From an uncultured candidatus Porisulfidus sp. (lineage in GTDB: Bacteria; Pseudomonadota; Gammaproteobacteria; Poriferisulfidales; Poriferisulfidaceae): 64,000 nt of DNA. Shown here piece by piece: positions 43,065-51,790 of the stretch (position 1 is the stretch's first letter; every line of letters starts with the position of its first letter). The stretch covers positions 1,504,001 to 1,568,000 of the forward strand of contig OZ220480.1 in NCBI GenBank assembly GCA_965116025.1, written 5' to 3'. Made by a program: the position numbers and the translations under genes. The notes under the pieces were generated by a model. The model was not told the origin of the DNA, ran no database searches, and saw nothing but the letters and a program-made list of their open reading frames with translations.

Positions 43065-43852
43065 CCTGAATGGCCAAGGAGCGTCTTCAGTTCGGTGGGG
43101 TGCTGGATGATCGCGTCGCCCTCCCAACTAGCGAGGTCGGCTTCCGGGGGGATGTACCCAAACGCGGCGATCACGCCGGTCATGCCGGCCGCGCGAGCCG
43201 CCCGCATGTCGCGCGGGTCGTCACCCAGATACAGGCAATGTTGGGCATTCACGGTCATACGGCGGGCCGCCTCCCATAGTGGGTCCGGGTGGGGCTTGCG
43301 GAGCGGCAGGGAGTCGCCGCTGATCAGGCAGGCGGGAGGGACGGGAAAGTCCATAGCCTTGATGATCGCCTCCGCCAGATTTCCAGTCTTGTTGGTCACC
43401 ACGCCCCATGGCATGTCGTTTCGGGCTAGGAAATCCAGAAGATCCATCATGCCGTCGAACAGTCTCGTGTCGCGGCAAGGGGACTCGGCGTATAGTTCCA
43501 GAAATCGAGCGACCAGACGCTCTTCTTGGCGATTATCAAGACCACTTCCGAAAGCGAGGCGGACCAGTGCCCGGGCTCCTCGCGAGACGCTGTTCCGTGC
43601 CAGGCCGTACTCGACCGGCGAGTGGCCTTCTTCTCGGCAGAGCGCGTTGAGGATGGGGACGATATCGAGCGCGGTGTCGGCCAGAGTGCCATCCAGGTCC
43701 ATGAGCACGCCCAAGATCGGGCGCGGCAGGGCGGAAAGGGTCGGGCCTTTCGCGTTACGTGGTGGATTTGGCGCGGATTTGACGCGCGTTCCGTTCCCCG
43801 GGATGGTTAGTCGGGGTGGAGGAATGGAATTCATTTTCCAATGATACACCAT
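43061..43852 (-). CDS. gph: HAD phosphatase (Gph/MupP-like); start uncertain
   Basis: DLDGTLADT, GVVTNK, RKPHPDP, YLGDDPRD; usual ubiG-gph-yciK neighbourhood. Confidence 0.8.
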   Translation of the reverse strand: MVYHWKMNSIPPPRLTIPGNGTRVKSAPNPPRNAKGPTLSALPRPILGVLMDLDGTLADTALDIVPILNALCREEGHSPVEYGLARNSVSRGARALVRLAFGSGLDNRQEERLVARFLELYAESPCRDTRLFDGMMDLLDFLARNDMPWGVVTNKTGNLAEAIIKAMDFPVPPACLISGDSLPLRKPHPDPLWEAARRMTVNAQHCLYLGDDPRDMRAARAAGMTGVIAAFGYIPPEADLASWEGDAIIQHPTELKTLLGHSG

Positions 43853-43947
43853 GGCGGATGCGCTAGAAAAAGCGAATGGATCTATCCAACCAAAGATAAA
43901 TTTATAAAATATAATAAATTCACCTTTCCTGGTTGATGGATATTGAT

Positions 43948-45177
43948 ATGGATGGCTTTTCGAATCCTTTTCGCCCGGGCGCCGGACACAAGCCGCCGTG
44001 GCTTGCCGGAAGACATGCGGAACGCGAGGAGTTCCTGCGTCTTCTGGATCAGGAAGTGATTCTGGACAACTTGGTCTTGACCGGGTTGCGCGGCGTGGGC
44101 AAGACGGTACTCCTGGAATCTTTCAAACCCCAGGCGCAGGAGCGCGGTTGGATATGGGTCGGAGCCGATCTCTCGGAATCCGCCAGCATGAGCGAGGAGA
44201 ACTTGGCGGTCCGGATCTTCACGGACTTGTCCCCGGCAACTTCGCGGGTGGTCATTCATGCGGAAGAGTCGCGCGCGGCCGGATTTTTATCGGATGCGCG
44301 ACAGACAAAGCGCGTTTTGGACTTTCAGGTCCTGATGGACGCTTATCGACATACCCCGGGGTTGAGTCTCGACAAGCTCAAGGGCGCTCTGGAGAGGGCT
44401 TGGAACGCGTTGTCGGAAGCTGCTCCGAAAGCGCGTGGGATCATCTTCGCTTACGACGAGGCGCAGAACCTGGGTGACCGGAGAGACAAGGAGCAGTATC
44501 CCGTTTCCTTGTTGCTGGACGCTTTCCAGTCTCTGCAGAGAAGGAACTTTCCCTTGATGCTCGTTCTGACCGGCCTTCCGACCTTATTTCCCGGGTTGGT
44601 CGAAGCCCGGACCTATTCCGAACGGATGTTCCGGGTCTTGTTTCTGGACCGGCTGAGCGAGGACGAGAGCGAGGAGGCTATTCGCAAGCCGATTGAAGAT
44701 GCTGAATGCCCTGTTCGTCTTGATGACGCGGCGATTCGGGGCATCATCAAGATGTCGGGCGGCTACCCCTACTTTATCCAATTCATCTGCAGGGAGGTCT
44801 ACGACGAATTCCTGCAAAGGCTTGATCGAGGCGCGCGCGCGCAGGTACTGGAATCCGAGATTGAGCGGAAGCTGGATTTGGATTTTTTCGCGGGTCGATG
44901 GGCTAGCGCCACGGACCGACAGAGGGAGTTGCTCACCGTAATTTCTCGAATCAGGGATGGTGATGGCGAATTCACCGTCCAGGAGGTGGTCGAGACATCA
45001 GAGCGCGCGCCGTTCAACTCCTTCAGCGGAAGTCACGTCAACCAGATGCTTTCTAAGCTCGCCGCCCAGGGGCTGGTCTATAAGAACCGCCATGGTAAAT
45101 ATTCTTTCGCCGTGCCATTGCTAGGACGTTTCATTCGCCGTCAAGCGAGCGGTGACGATGGAGGAGGGCGCGAATAG
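43948..45177 (+). CDS. Standalone AAA/STAND-like ATPase with C-terminal winged helix
   Basis: NPFRPGAG...LAGR, Walker A GLRGVGKT, Walker B FAYDEAQ, GGYPYFIQ, C-terminal LSKLAAQGLVY...GKYSF. Confidence 0.85.
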   Translation: MDGFSNPFRPGAGHKPPWLAGRHAEREEFLRLLDQEVILDNLVLTGLRGVGKTVLLESFKPQAQERGWIWVGADLSESASMSEENLAVRIFTDLSPATSRVVIHAEESRAAGFLSDARQTKRVLDFQVLMDAYRHTPGLSLDKLKGALERAWNALSEAAPKARGIIFAYDEAQNLGDRRDKEQYPVSLLLDAFQSLQRRNFPLMLVLTGLPTLFPGLVEARTYSERMFRVLFLDRLSEDESEEAIRKPIEDAECPVRLDDAAIRGIIKMSGGYPYFIQFICREVYDEFLQRLDRGARAQVLESEIERKLDLDFFAGRWASATDRQRELLTVISRIRDGDGEFTVQEVVETSERAPFNSFSGSHVNQMLSKLAAQGLVYKNRHGKYSFAVPLLGRFIRRQASGDDGGGRE

Positions 45178-45206
45178 ATTTCGAATCGAGGGCGATGCCC
45201 CGTTGA

Positions 45207-45917
45207 TCACCCTTCCGATTCCGATTTGCGCAGGCGCATTAAATAGTTGACCCGGGGGGCTCCGCCGAGTCGGGCGGTTCGGGTCAGCGGATTGTAGGCG
45301 ATGCCGCGAATGTCCTCGACCTCGAGTCGCAAATCTCGCGCCGCCTGCGCTAGCTCGGATGGACGGATGAAGCGCTCGTAGCGATGCGTTCCGACCGGCA
45401 GAATTCCAGCGATATGCTCGGCGCCGACGATGGCGAGCGCGAACGAGGCGATGGTGCGGTTCAGGGTGGACGCGAACAGGAAGCCGCCCGGTCGTAACAG
45501 TCGCTCGCAGTCGCCGAGCAGGGCAGGGAAGTCCGGCACGTGTTCCAGCAATTCCATGCAGGTCACGACATCGAAGGCTTCAGGGTGCTCGGACGCGAGC
45601 GAGCTCGCGTCCCGCTCTAGGTATTCTATCTGGAGCGTCCGTCCATGCGCGCGGGCTTGAGTCAGCGCGGCGGACGACAGGTCGATGCCGGTGGTCTTCG
45701 CCCCGGCGCGGGCTAGGGATTCGGTCAGCAGGCCACCGCCGCAACCGACATCAAGCGCGGTTCGTCCGCGCAGAGCGCGACGCTCCTCAATATATTGGAA
45801 GCGGACCGGATTGATCTCATGCAGGGCCCGCATCGGGCCTCGCGGATCCCACCAGTCGAGGTCCGGTCGGTCGAAACGCTCCAGTTCGGCCGGGTCTTGA
45901 TTGGTTTCGAGACTCAC
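45207..45917 (-). CDS. ubiG: Ubiquinone biosynthesis O-methyltransferase
   Basis: WWDPRGPMRALHEINPVR, LDVGCGGGLL, CMELLEHVPD, STLNRT, GTHRYERFIRPSEL. Confidence 0.95.
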   Translation of the reverse strand: MSLETNQDPAELERFDRPDLDWWDPRGPMRALHEINPVRFQYIEERRALRGRTALDVGCGGGLLTESLARAGAKTTGIDLSSAALTQARAHGRTLQIEYLERDASSLASEHPEAFDVVTCMELLEHVPDFPALLGDCERLLRPGGFLFASTLNRTIASFALAIVGAEHIAGILPVGTHRYERFIRPSELAQAARDLRLEVEDIRGIAYNPLTRTARLGGAPRVNYLMRLRKSESEG

Positions 45918-47101
45918 AAGCTTTGGACGCTTTCGAGAAATTGGATCCAGCCCCGCGCCTCGGCCGCGGACTTCGCGCTTTTCCTAGCCCGCGCGAACGC
46001 TTCCAAGGCTGTCGGAAAGTCTCCTTTCTCGTAAGCGCAGATGCCGCGTAGCAACTGGAATGGCCCGGGATCCTTGGGACCGGCGCGCAGACCCGCTTCG
46101 GCGCTTTTAACGCAGCCGCTCCACCCCGCGTTTTGCGCGTACAGACGCGTCAAACGCAACCAGTCGCGGGGCTTCCCGGTAGTCTCGGCCAGCCTGGTCA
46201 GGGAAAGGTAGGCCCGCTCGTATTCGCGCGCGGCCACCCAGGAGTTTCCGAGGAGCCGCCAGTTGCTCGGGGTCGGCTTGATTCGCTGGCTTCTCAGCCC
46301 GTTCTCCATCACGTTGGCGGCGAGCCAAGGCGCGTTTCGCAGGCGCATCAGCTGCGCGAGCCGGACCAGGTCCTCGCCGCGCATCAGCAGGCCGTTCGCG
46401 TAGGCGACGCGCATCACCGAAAGCGCTTTCGATTCATGGTCGCGCTCCATGTGCGTTTGCGCCAATTGTCGCCAGAATTCGACCTTGTCGGGAAACTCCT
46501 TGATGGCTTCCTCCAAAAGCTCCCGCAGGGCGTTCCAATCGGATTGCTGAGCGTAGATGGAGGCGATGAACTGGTATTGCGAATAAGATAGATTGTCAGA
46601 TTCGCTCCGGCCCTTGTCCGCCCACCGCCGGGCGGGGCGCAACGCGTCGAGCTCGAGGTGGCAGGCGGCCAGCACGAAGTAGGCGTTGGCGGGAACGCTG
46701 GACGCGGAGCGCGTCCACGACTCCAGAATCCTTATGGCGTCGCGGAAGCGTCCGGCCTGGCTATACAGCTGGCCGAGGTTGTAGCGGATCTGGTCGGCGC
46801 GCTGCTCGGGGACGGCTCCCGTCGCGAGCGCCGCCTCCATCGGGGCGATGGCCTCCTCGTAGCGCTCCCGCGCGAGAAGGAGGTCGGCCTTGAGCAGCAG
46901 GGTCTGGGCTCGCTCGTGGTCGCTGAGCTTGCGCCGCAACAGGCTGTCGGTTTCTCGCAAGGCCTCGGCGGTCTGATCCGCCTCGCGCAACTCGTAGATC
47001 TCGCTGAGCTTGCGGTAGACCTTCTCGGAAAGCGTGGCGGCGAGCGCGGGCGTGGTGGCGAGCGCGGTGACGACTAGCGCGGCGGCGATCCGGAATCTCA
47101 T
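45914..47101 (-). CDS. Periplasmic TPR protein (TtpD-like)
   Basis: Signal peptide, helical TPR repeats; last gene of TonB operon. Confidence 0.75.
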   Translation of the reverse strand: MRFRIAAALVVTALATTPALAATLSEKVYRKLSEIYELREADQTAEALRETDSLLRRKLSDHERAQTLLLKADLLLARERYEEAIAPMEAALATGAVPEQRADQIRYNLGQLYSQAGRFRDAIRILESWTRSASSVPANAYFVLAACHLELDALRPARRWADKGRSESDNLSYSQYQFIASIYAQQSDWNALRELLEEAIKEFPDKVEFWRQLAQTHMERDHESKALSVMRVAYANGLLMRGEDLVRLAQLMRLRNAPWLAANVMENGLRSQRIKPTPSNWRLLGNSWVAAREYERAYLSLTRLAETTGKPRDWLRLTRLYAQNAGWSGCVKSAEAGLRAGPKDPGPFQLLRGICAYEKGDFPTALEAFARARKSAKSAAEARGWIQFLESVQSL

Positions 47102-47724
47102 TTCTCGAGCTCGAACTTGAGCATCACGCGGACGTCGGGACGGGGCCGCGCCTCGCCGTCGATCACTTGCGGCTTGTATTTCCATTTGCGCACCGCCTTG
47201 ACGGCGGCGCGGCCGAACGTGCCGGGCGGCTCCTCGGCGACGACCCGGACATCCTCGGTGGCGCCGTTGGTGTTAATGGTGAAGGCGACCTCGACCCAGC
47301 CCTCTATGCCGCGTCGGCTCGCGCGCGAGGGATACTGCGGGCTGACGCGCATGATCGGCAGGGGGTCGCGGGTGGCGGCCCAGCCCTTCGACAGATCGCC
47401 GCCGGCCATCAGGTCGAGCTGGTAGGGGGTGGCCGAGGTGGCGGCGAAGGATAGGCTATCCGGGTTCAGAGACTCGGCTTCTTGGCGGGTCTCGGGCATT
47501 TTGGGTTTCTGGGGCTTCTCCGCCTTTGGCGGCAGCTTGCGCTGGTTGGGAGTGATCTCGCGCTTCTGCAGGCGCACGAAGTCGAAGCGCACCGAGTCGT
47601 GAATCTCCTGCAGACCGGCGAGGTCGGTCACGACCAACGAGTACATCAGGGTGAATAGGGCGAAGACCGCGCTGACGGCCGCCACCGTGATCAACGGGAT
47701 GCGCAATCCGTCCCGAAGCGTCAT
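47098..47724 (-). CDS. tonB: Energy transducer TonB
   Basis: TM anchor, Pro/Lys-rich linker, PQYPSRASRRGIEGWVEVAFTI, KWKYKP. Confidence 0.9.
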   Translation of the reverse strand: MTLRDGLRIPLITVAAVSAVFALFTLMYSLVVTDLAGLQEIHDSVRFDFVRLQKREITPNQRKLPPKAEKPQKPKMPETRQEAESLNPDSLSFAATSATPYQLDLMAGGDLSKGWAATRDPLPIMRVSPQYPSRASRRGIEGWVEVAFTINTNGATEDVRVVAEEPPGTFGRAAVKAVRKWKYKPQVIDGEARPRPDVRVMLKFELEK

Positions 47725-48131
47725 CGCTGACCCGGGCTCGCCGCGAGGGCGATTTTCTCCACCCCGGCCTGCCGGATCTGATCCATGACTTGCACCAGCA
47801 TGTCGTTGCGGGAATCGCGGTCGGCCTGGATGACCACGCCGCCTTGCGGGTTCTCGGCCTGCAGGCGCATGACGTGGGCGTGCACGGAGCGCACGTCCAC
47901 CGGCTGGTGGTTGATCCAGACCTCGTCGTCTTCCGTGATGCCGATCAGGATCGAGCCTTGGCTCTGCATGACCGCGGTGTCCGCCTCTGGGCGATTGATC
48001 TCGACCCCCGATTCTTTGACGAAGGACGCGGTCACGATGAAGAAGATCAGCATGATGAAGACGATGTCGATCAGGGGGGTGATGTCCATTCCCTGCTCCT
48101 CCTCGGGCTCGCCGCGACGGATGACTCTCAT
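47721..48131 (-). CDS. exbD: Biopolymer transporter ExbD
   Basis: DITPLIDIVFIMLIFFIVTASF, VVIQAD, VMDQ. Confidence 0.92.
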   Translation of the reverse strand: MRVIRRGEPEEEQGMDITPLIDIVFIMLIFFIVTASFVKESGVEINRPEADTAVMQSQGSILIGITEDDEVWINHQPVDVRSVHAHVMRLQAENPQGGVVIQADRDSRNDMLVQVMDQIRQAGVEKIALAASPGQR

Positions 48132-48709
48132 GGACGAGGGGCGGTGGCTTTTCGCATGTGGGCTGGCAACAGGAGGTTCTCGCGCAACGTCGCGTTGTCG
48201 CGCCGCGCCCGATGCTCGAACAGCGTGATGAAGTAGTAACCGGACAAGGCGATCACCAGGCCAGCGAGAGTCGGGTAGGTGGCGCGGGAGATGCCGTCGC
48301 TGAGCAGTCGCGCGCTGTTGCTGCCGGTGATCGACATGGTCGAGAACACCTCGATCATGCCGGTGATGGTGCCGAGCAGACCGAGCAACGGACAGATCAG
48401 CACCAGCCCCCGGATCGCGCCCATGCCGGAATTCGTGCGGACGCGCGATTCGGATATCCATCGCTGCCGCAACCACAGGGCCTTCCGCATGTCCCAGCGC
48501 GCTTGCCAGGCGAGCGCCAGTCCCAGCTTGTCCGACAGCCGCTTGGCATCGCGACGATGGCGGCTTGGGCCGAAGAAGAACCACATCCGCTCAATGATGA
48601 ACCACCATAGCAGGAACGCGACGCCGAACAGGATCAGTAACACGTCGCCGCCAGTGTGCAGCAGGGCCTCGACGTTCGCGTAGTGCCCCTGGAGCCAGGA
48701 GGCGATCAT
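48128..48709 (-). CDS. exbB: MotA/TolQ/ExbB proton channel
   Basis: CPLLGLLGTITGMIEVF, GISRATYPTLAGL. Confidence 0.88.
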   Translation of the reverse strand: MIASWLQGHYANVEALLHTGGDVLLILFGVAFLLWWFIIERMWFFFGPSRHRRDAKRLSDKLGLALAWQARWDMRKALWLRQRWISESRVRTNSGMGAIRGLVLICPLLGLLGTITGMIEVFSTMSITGSNSARLLSDGISRATYPTLAGLVIALSGYYFITLFEHRARRDNATLRENLLLPAHMRKATAPRP

Positions 48710-50034
48710 GGCTCTCGTGAGTGGGCCAGCAGACCGAGGCTCTGCTCCTCGACGATCTGGCGGATTCGCGCGCTGTAGGAGCGAGCCATGGTGAGGATCA
48801 GCAGAATCGGGATCGCGGCGCCCAGCCCGAGCGCGGTGGTGACCAAGGCCTGACTGATACCACCGGCCATCATGCGCGGATCGCCGGTGCCGAACAGGGT
48901 GATGGCCTGAAAGGTCTGGATCATGCCGGTCACGGTGCCGAGCAATCCGAGCAGGGGGGCGATGGCGGCCAGCACGCGCAGCATGTTCAGGCCCCAGTTG
49001 AGTTTCGGCAACTCTTCGCTGATCGCCTCGTGCACCCGGTCCTCGCGCGATTCCGGATCCATGTCCGCGTGCTCGCGGTAAACCGAGGCCACGCGTCCCA
49101 GCGCGTTGTTGGTCTTGGGATTCCGCATGTCCTTTCTCTGGATGCGAATCCGGCGCATGTGCGCGGCCAGCGTGACGCTGCGGATGATCGCGAACAGCAC
49201 GCCGAACACCCCGATGAGGATGATGAGGTAGCCGATCATGCCGCCTTGCTCGATCCGTTCCATCAAGTCCGGCGCGTCGACCAGCAACGACAGGATGGCG
49301 CCGCGCGACGGGTCGACCACGGCCCGCGCGGAGTCTTCCCCGGTGGCGCGTTGCAGATCGGTCGCGACCGAGCGCAACGAGGCTGGTGGCTGGCGGGGCA
49401 GGATGACCAAGTCGCGGGCATCGTCGGCGAAACTGAGGAAGCGGCCCTCGCTGGATGCGGTGAACACGCCCACGCGAACCACCGAGGCGTCGGCTCGCGT
49501 GCCGTCGGGCTGGGTGACCCGCGTGTCAAAGCGGACCACTCGGCCCTGCTGGCTCAGCTCCTCAAGGGCGGCGTACAGCAACTGGTCCATGTCGGCGATG
49601 TTGGTCGCGTGGTCGTCGCTAGCGATGGTGTCGAGCGGCGCGATTCGGTCGGGAATCTGGGCGCTGACCAAAGATTGGAGGAAATGGCCCTTGAGCTCGC
49701 CCGCCCAAAGTTTCGCGGTCGCCAGGACCTCCTTGAAATGCACGGTCAACTCGTCGAGCTTCTCGCGCTGGCTTATCAGATCCTTCTCGCCTTTGGCGAA
49801 TCTCTTCTCCATGTCGCGGCTACGCTTCTCTTCCGCGCGGATCAGCCCCTTGACCTCCTTGAGCATGGCCTCGCGTTCCAGCGCCATGCCGCGGAATTTC
49901 TGCAGGCGCTCTTGGATCTCGGCGGTCTCTTGGGATTGGTCGGCCCGCATGCGCGCGAGAAGATCGTCCAGCGGGGCCGAGAGCGCCGTGGCGTGGGCGG
50001 TCGCCGTCAGCGCCAGCGCCAGCGCGCGGATCAT
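48706..50034 (-). CDS. Large ExbB-like protein (TtpC-like)
   Basis: Signal peptide, coiled coil, VVRVGVF, VDPSRG, APLLGLLGTVTGMIQTFQAITLFGTGDPRMMAGGISQALVTT. Confidence 0.85.
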   Translation of the reverse strand: MIRALALALTATAHATALSAPLDDLLARMRADQSQETAEIQERLQKFRGMALEREAMLKEVKGLIRAEEKRSRDMEKRFAKGEKDLISQREKLDELTVHFKEVLATAKLWAGELKGHFLQSLVSAQIPDRIAPLDTIASDDHATNIADMDQLLYAALEELSQQGRVVRFDTRVTQPDGTRADASVVRVGVFTASSEGRFLSFADDARDLVILPRQPPASLRSVATDLQRATGEDSARAVVDPSRGAILSLLVDAPDLMERIEQGGMIGYLIILIGVFGVLFAIIRSVTLAAHMRRIRIQRKDMRNPKTNNALGRVASVYREHADMDPESREDRVHEAISEELPKLNWGLNMLRVLAAIAPLLGLLGTVTGMIQTFQAITLFGTGDPRMMAGGISQALVTTALGLGAAIPILLILTMARSYSARIRQIVEEQSLGLLAHSREP

Positions 50035-50816
50035 GGCGCGTCCTCTGGCGCCCGCACCGAGAGGACGAGAAGATCCGGCGCGACCTGTTTCTTCGCCATC
50101 CGCACCGCTTTCTCAAGGTGGTGGCGCAACCCCTCGATTCGTCGCCAGCGCCGCGCGCGGTTGTCCCATTCGTAGATGACGTTGCGGTCGGCGGACATCG
50201 CGTACAGCGCGATTCGCCCGACCCGCAGGAAGGTGGCCATCAAGTTCTGGCCGTCGATCTCCAGCGTGTCGGAATAGGTCTCCAGCGTTCGCCCGTAGTC
50301 CAGCTCGATCTGGTAGGCCTCGTACAAGCTTCGGTACTTGCTGGCCAGCGAAAGCTCCGGGTTGTCCAAGATTCCGCGCAGGCGGGCGTGGCGTTTTTGC
50401 CGCTCGGTCGCGAGGAACGGCATGTCCTGCTCGATCAAGACGCCGAGCGCGTCGTGCATGCGCTCCATCAGTGGGATCAGATCGCGGCCCATGGAGCCGG
50501 TCTTTTGGATGCGCGCGCCGAGGTCATCAAGCAGGGCCTGCTGCTCGTCGAGCAAGGCTTGAAGTTGGCGGGTGTAGGCGCGCAGGCTTTCCAGCTCGAT
50601 CAGCTTCGCGCGGTACTCGGCGTAAGCGTTTTGGGCGGCCTCGTCAAGCTTGTCGATCTCGCGCTGGGCGCTCGCCTGCTTGGCGGTGGAGTTGTCGGCG
50701 ATGCGGGTCAGGCTGGACAGGTCCGCCGCCATCGTCAAGCCGCTGGCGAGCGAGGTCATTCCCCCAAGGAGAAAAGCCAGCGTTGACCAAAAGCGAAAAT
50801 GAGAGGGGGTGACCAT
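50031..50816 (-). CDS. DUF3450 coiled-coil protein (TtpB-like)
   Basis: DMPFL..ER..R, EAYQIELDYGR, FLRVGRIALY, KQVAPDL; first gene of TonB2-type operon. Confidence 0.8.
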   Translation of the reverse strand: MVTPSHFRFWSTLAFLLGGMTSLASGLTMAADLSSLTRIADNSTAKQASAQREIDKLDEAAQNAYAEYRAKLIELESLRAYTRQLQALLDEQQALLDDLGARIQKTGSMGRDLIPLMERMHDALGVLIEQDMPFLATERQKRHARLRGILDNPELSLASKYRSLYEAYQIELDYGRTLETYSDTLEIDGQNLMATFLRVGRIALYAMSADRNVIYEWDNRARRWRRIEGLRHHLEKAVRMAKKQVAPDLLVLSVRAPEDAP

Positions 50817-50871
50817 GGCCCGGTTCAGGCTGCTGGAAAACTTGGATTGATACCTTATCACGGCGGAGATT

Positions 50872-51492
50872 CTACAGGGCCGAGCGCTCAATGTTCCACA
50901 GCGCGATCTGGGCTACCGTCCCGCCGCCGACCGGATCCATCTTGCGCAATTGCTGGAGGCGGGCCATGGCGCGTTTCAGTCGCTTCTTCCGAAACAGGGA
51001 ATGCAGCAGGTCGCAGGCGTCGGCGACGCAGACCAAGGCGATATCGTGAGGATCGGGGATCTCGTCGTCGGAGAACAGGATCTCCTCGATGCGCGCTCGG
51101 GCGTCGGTCTCGTTCACGCATCGGTAGCGCTCTCCGAAAACTCCCCTCGGCCGACGCTCCAAAACGCGTCGCTCAAGCAGGCTCTCGACCGCTTTCTCTC
51201 GGATCGCCTCGCCGTGTTTGGGCATCAGCGCTCGTAGCCAGCCCCAGATGTCGCGGGTCTTCCCGCTGCTCGCGATCTCTTCCAGCATGGGATCGAGGAA
51301 GGGCTTGCCGGTGGGAGTTGGATCGATAACCTCCAAGAGCTCGAGGTTGGTGTCGACGCGGTGGGCCAGATCCAAATCGAGCAAGGCGGAGCCGGTCAGG
51401 GAGTGGCGCAAGGTCAGCCGGTGGCGCGCCGGAAACCGTCCGCCGTCGCGTCGCAACGAGAGCAACAGCATGTCTTCGGTGACGGTCAGCAT
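50872..51492 (-). CDS. GPP34/GOLPH3 (Vps74)-family protein
   Basis: MLTVTEDMLLL, LTGSALLDL...RVD, PTGKPFLD..L..I, DIALVCVADAC; start may be 51549. Confidence 0.75.
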   Translation of the reverse strand: MLTVTEDMLLLSLRRDGGRFPARHRLTLRHSLTGSALLDLDLAHRVDTNLELLEVIDPTPTGKPFLDPMLEEIASSGKTRDIWGWLRALMPKHGEAIREKAVESLLERRVLERRPRGVFGERYRCVNETDARARIEEILFSDDEIPDPHDIALVCVADACDLLHSLFRKKRLKRAMARLQQLRKMDPVGGGTVAQIALWNIERSAL

Positions 51493-51790
51493 GGACAGGG
51501 CGGATTCTTCTTGTAATTGGTCGCGCGCCTCATTATTGCAGGCCGTCATCGCATGTCAATCTTTCCACCTTGGGGCGCGGCCTGCCGGATTCGGGCGTTC
51601 TCGAGGCGGCGTCAGACGGCGGGAGACAACGCGGAAACTATCCCGAGCGATTCCTGTCTATGGCACTATAGCACGGCCACGCGAGCCGACGCGAATGACC
51701 TCATGCCTCCATTTCCACTCCCGCCTTGGCCAGTTTGTTCGCCTTAGGCTCGGTCGCTCGTAAGACGACTCGTCTACCCATATAAACCAA

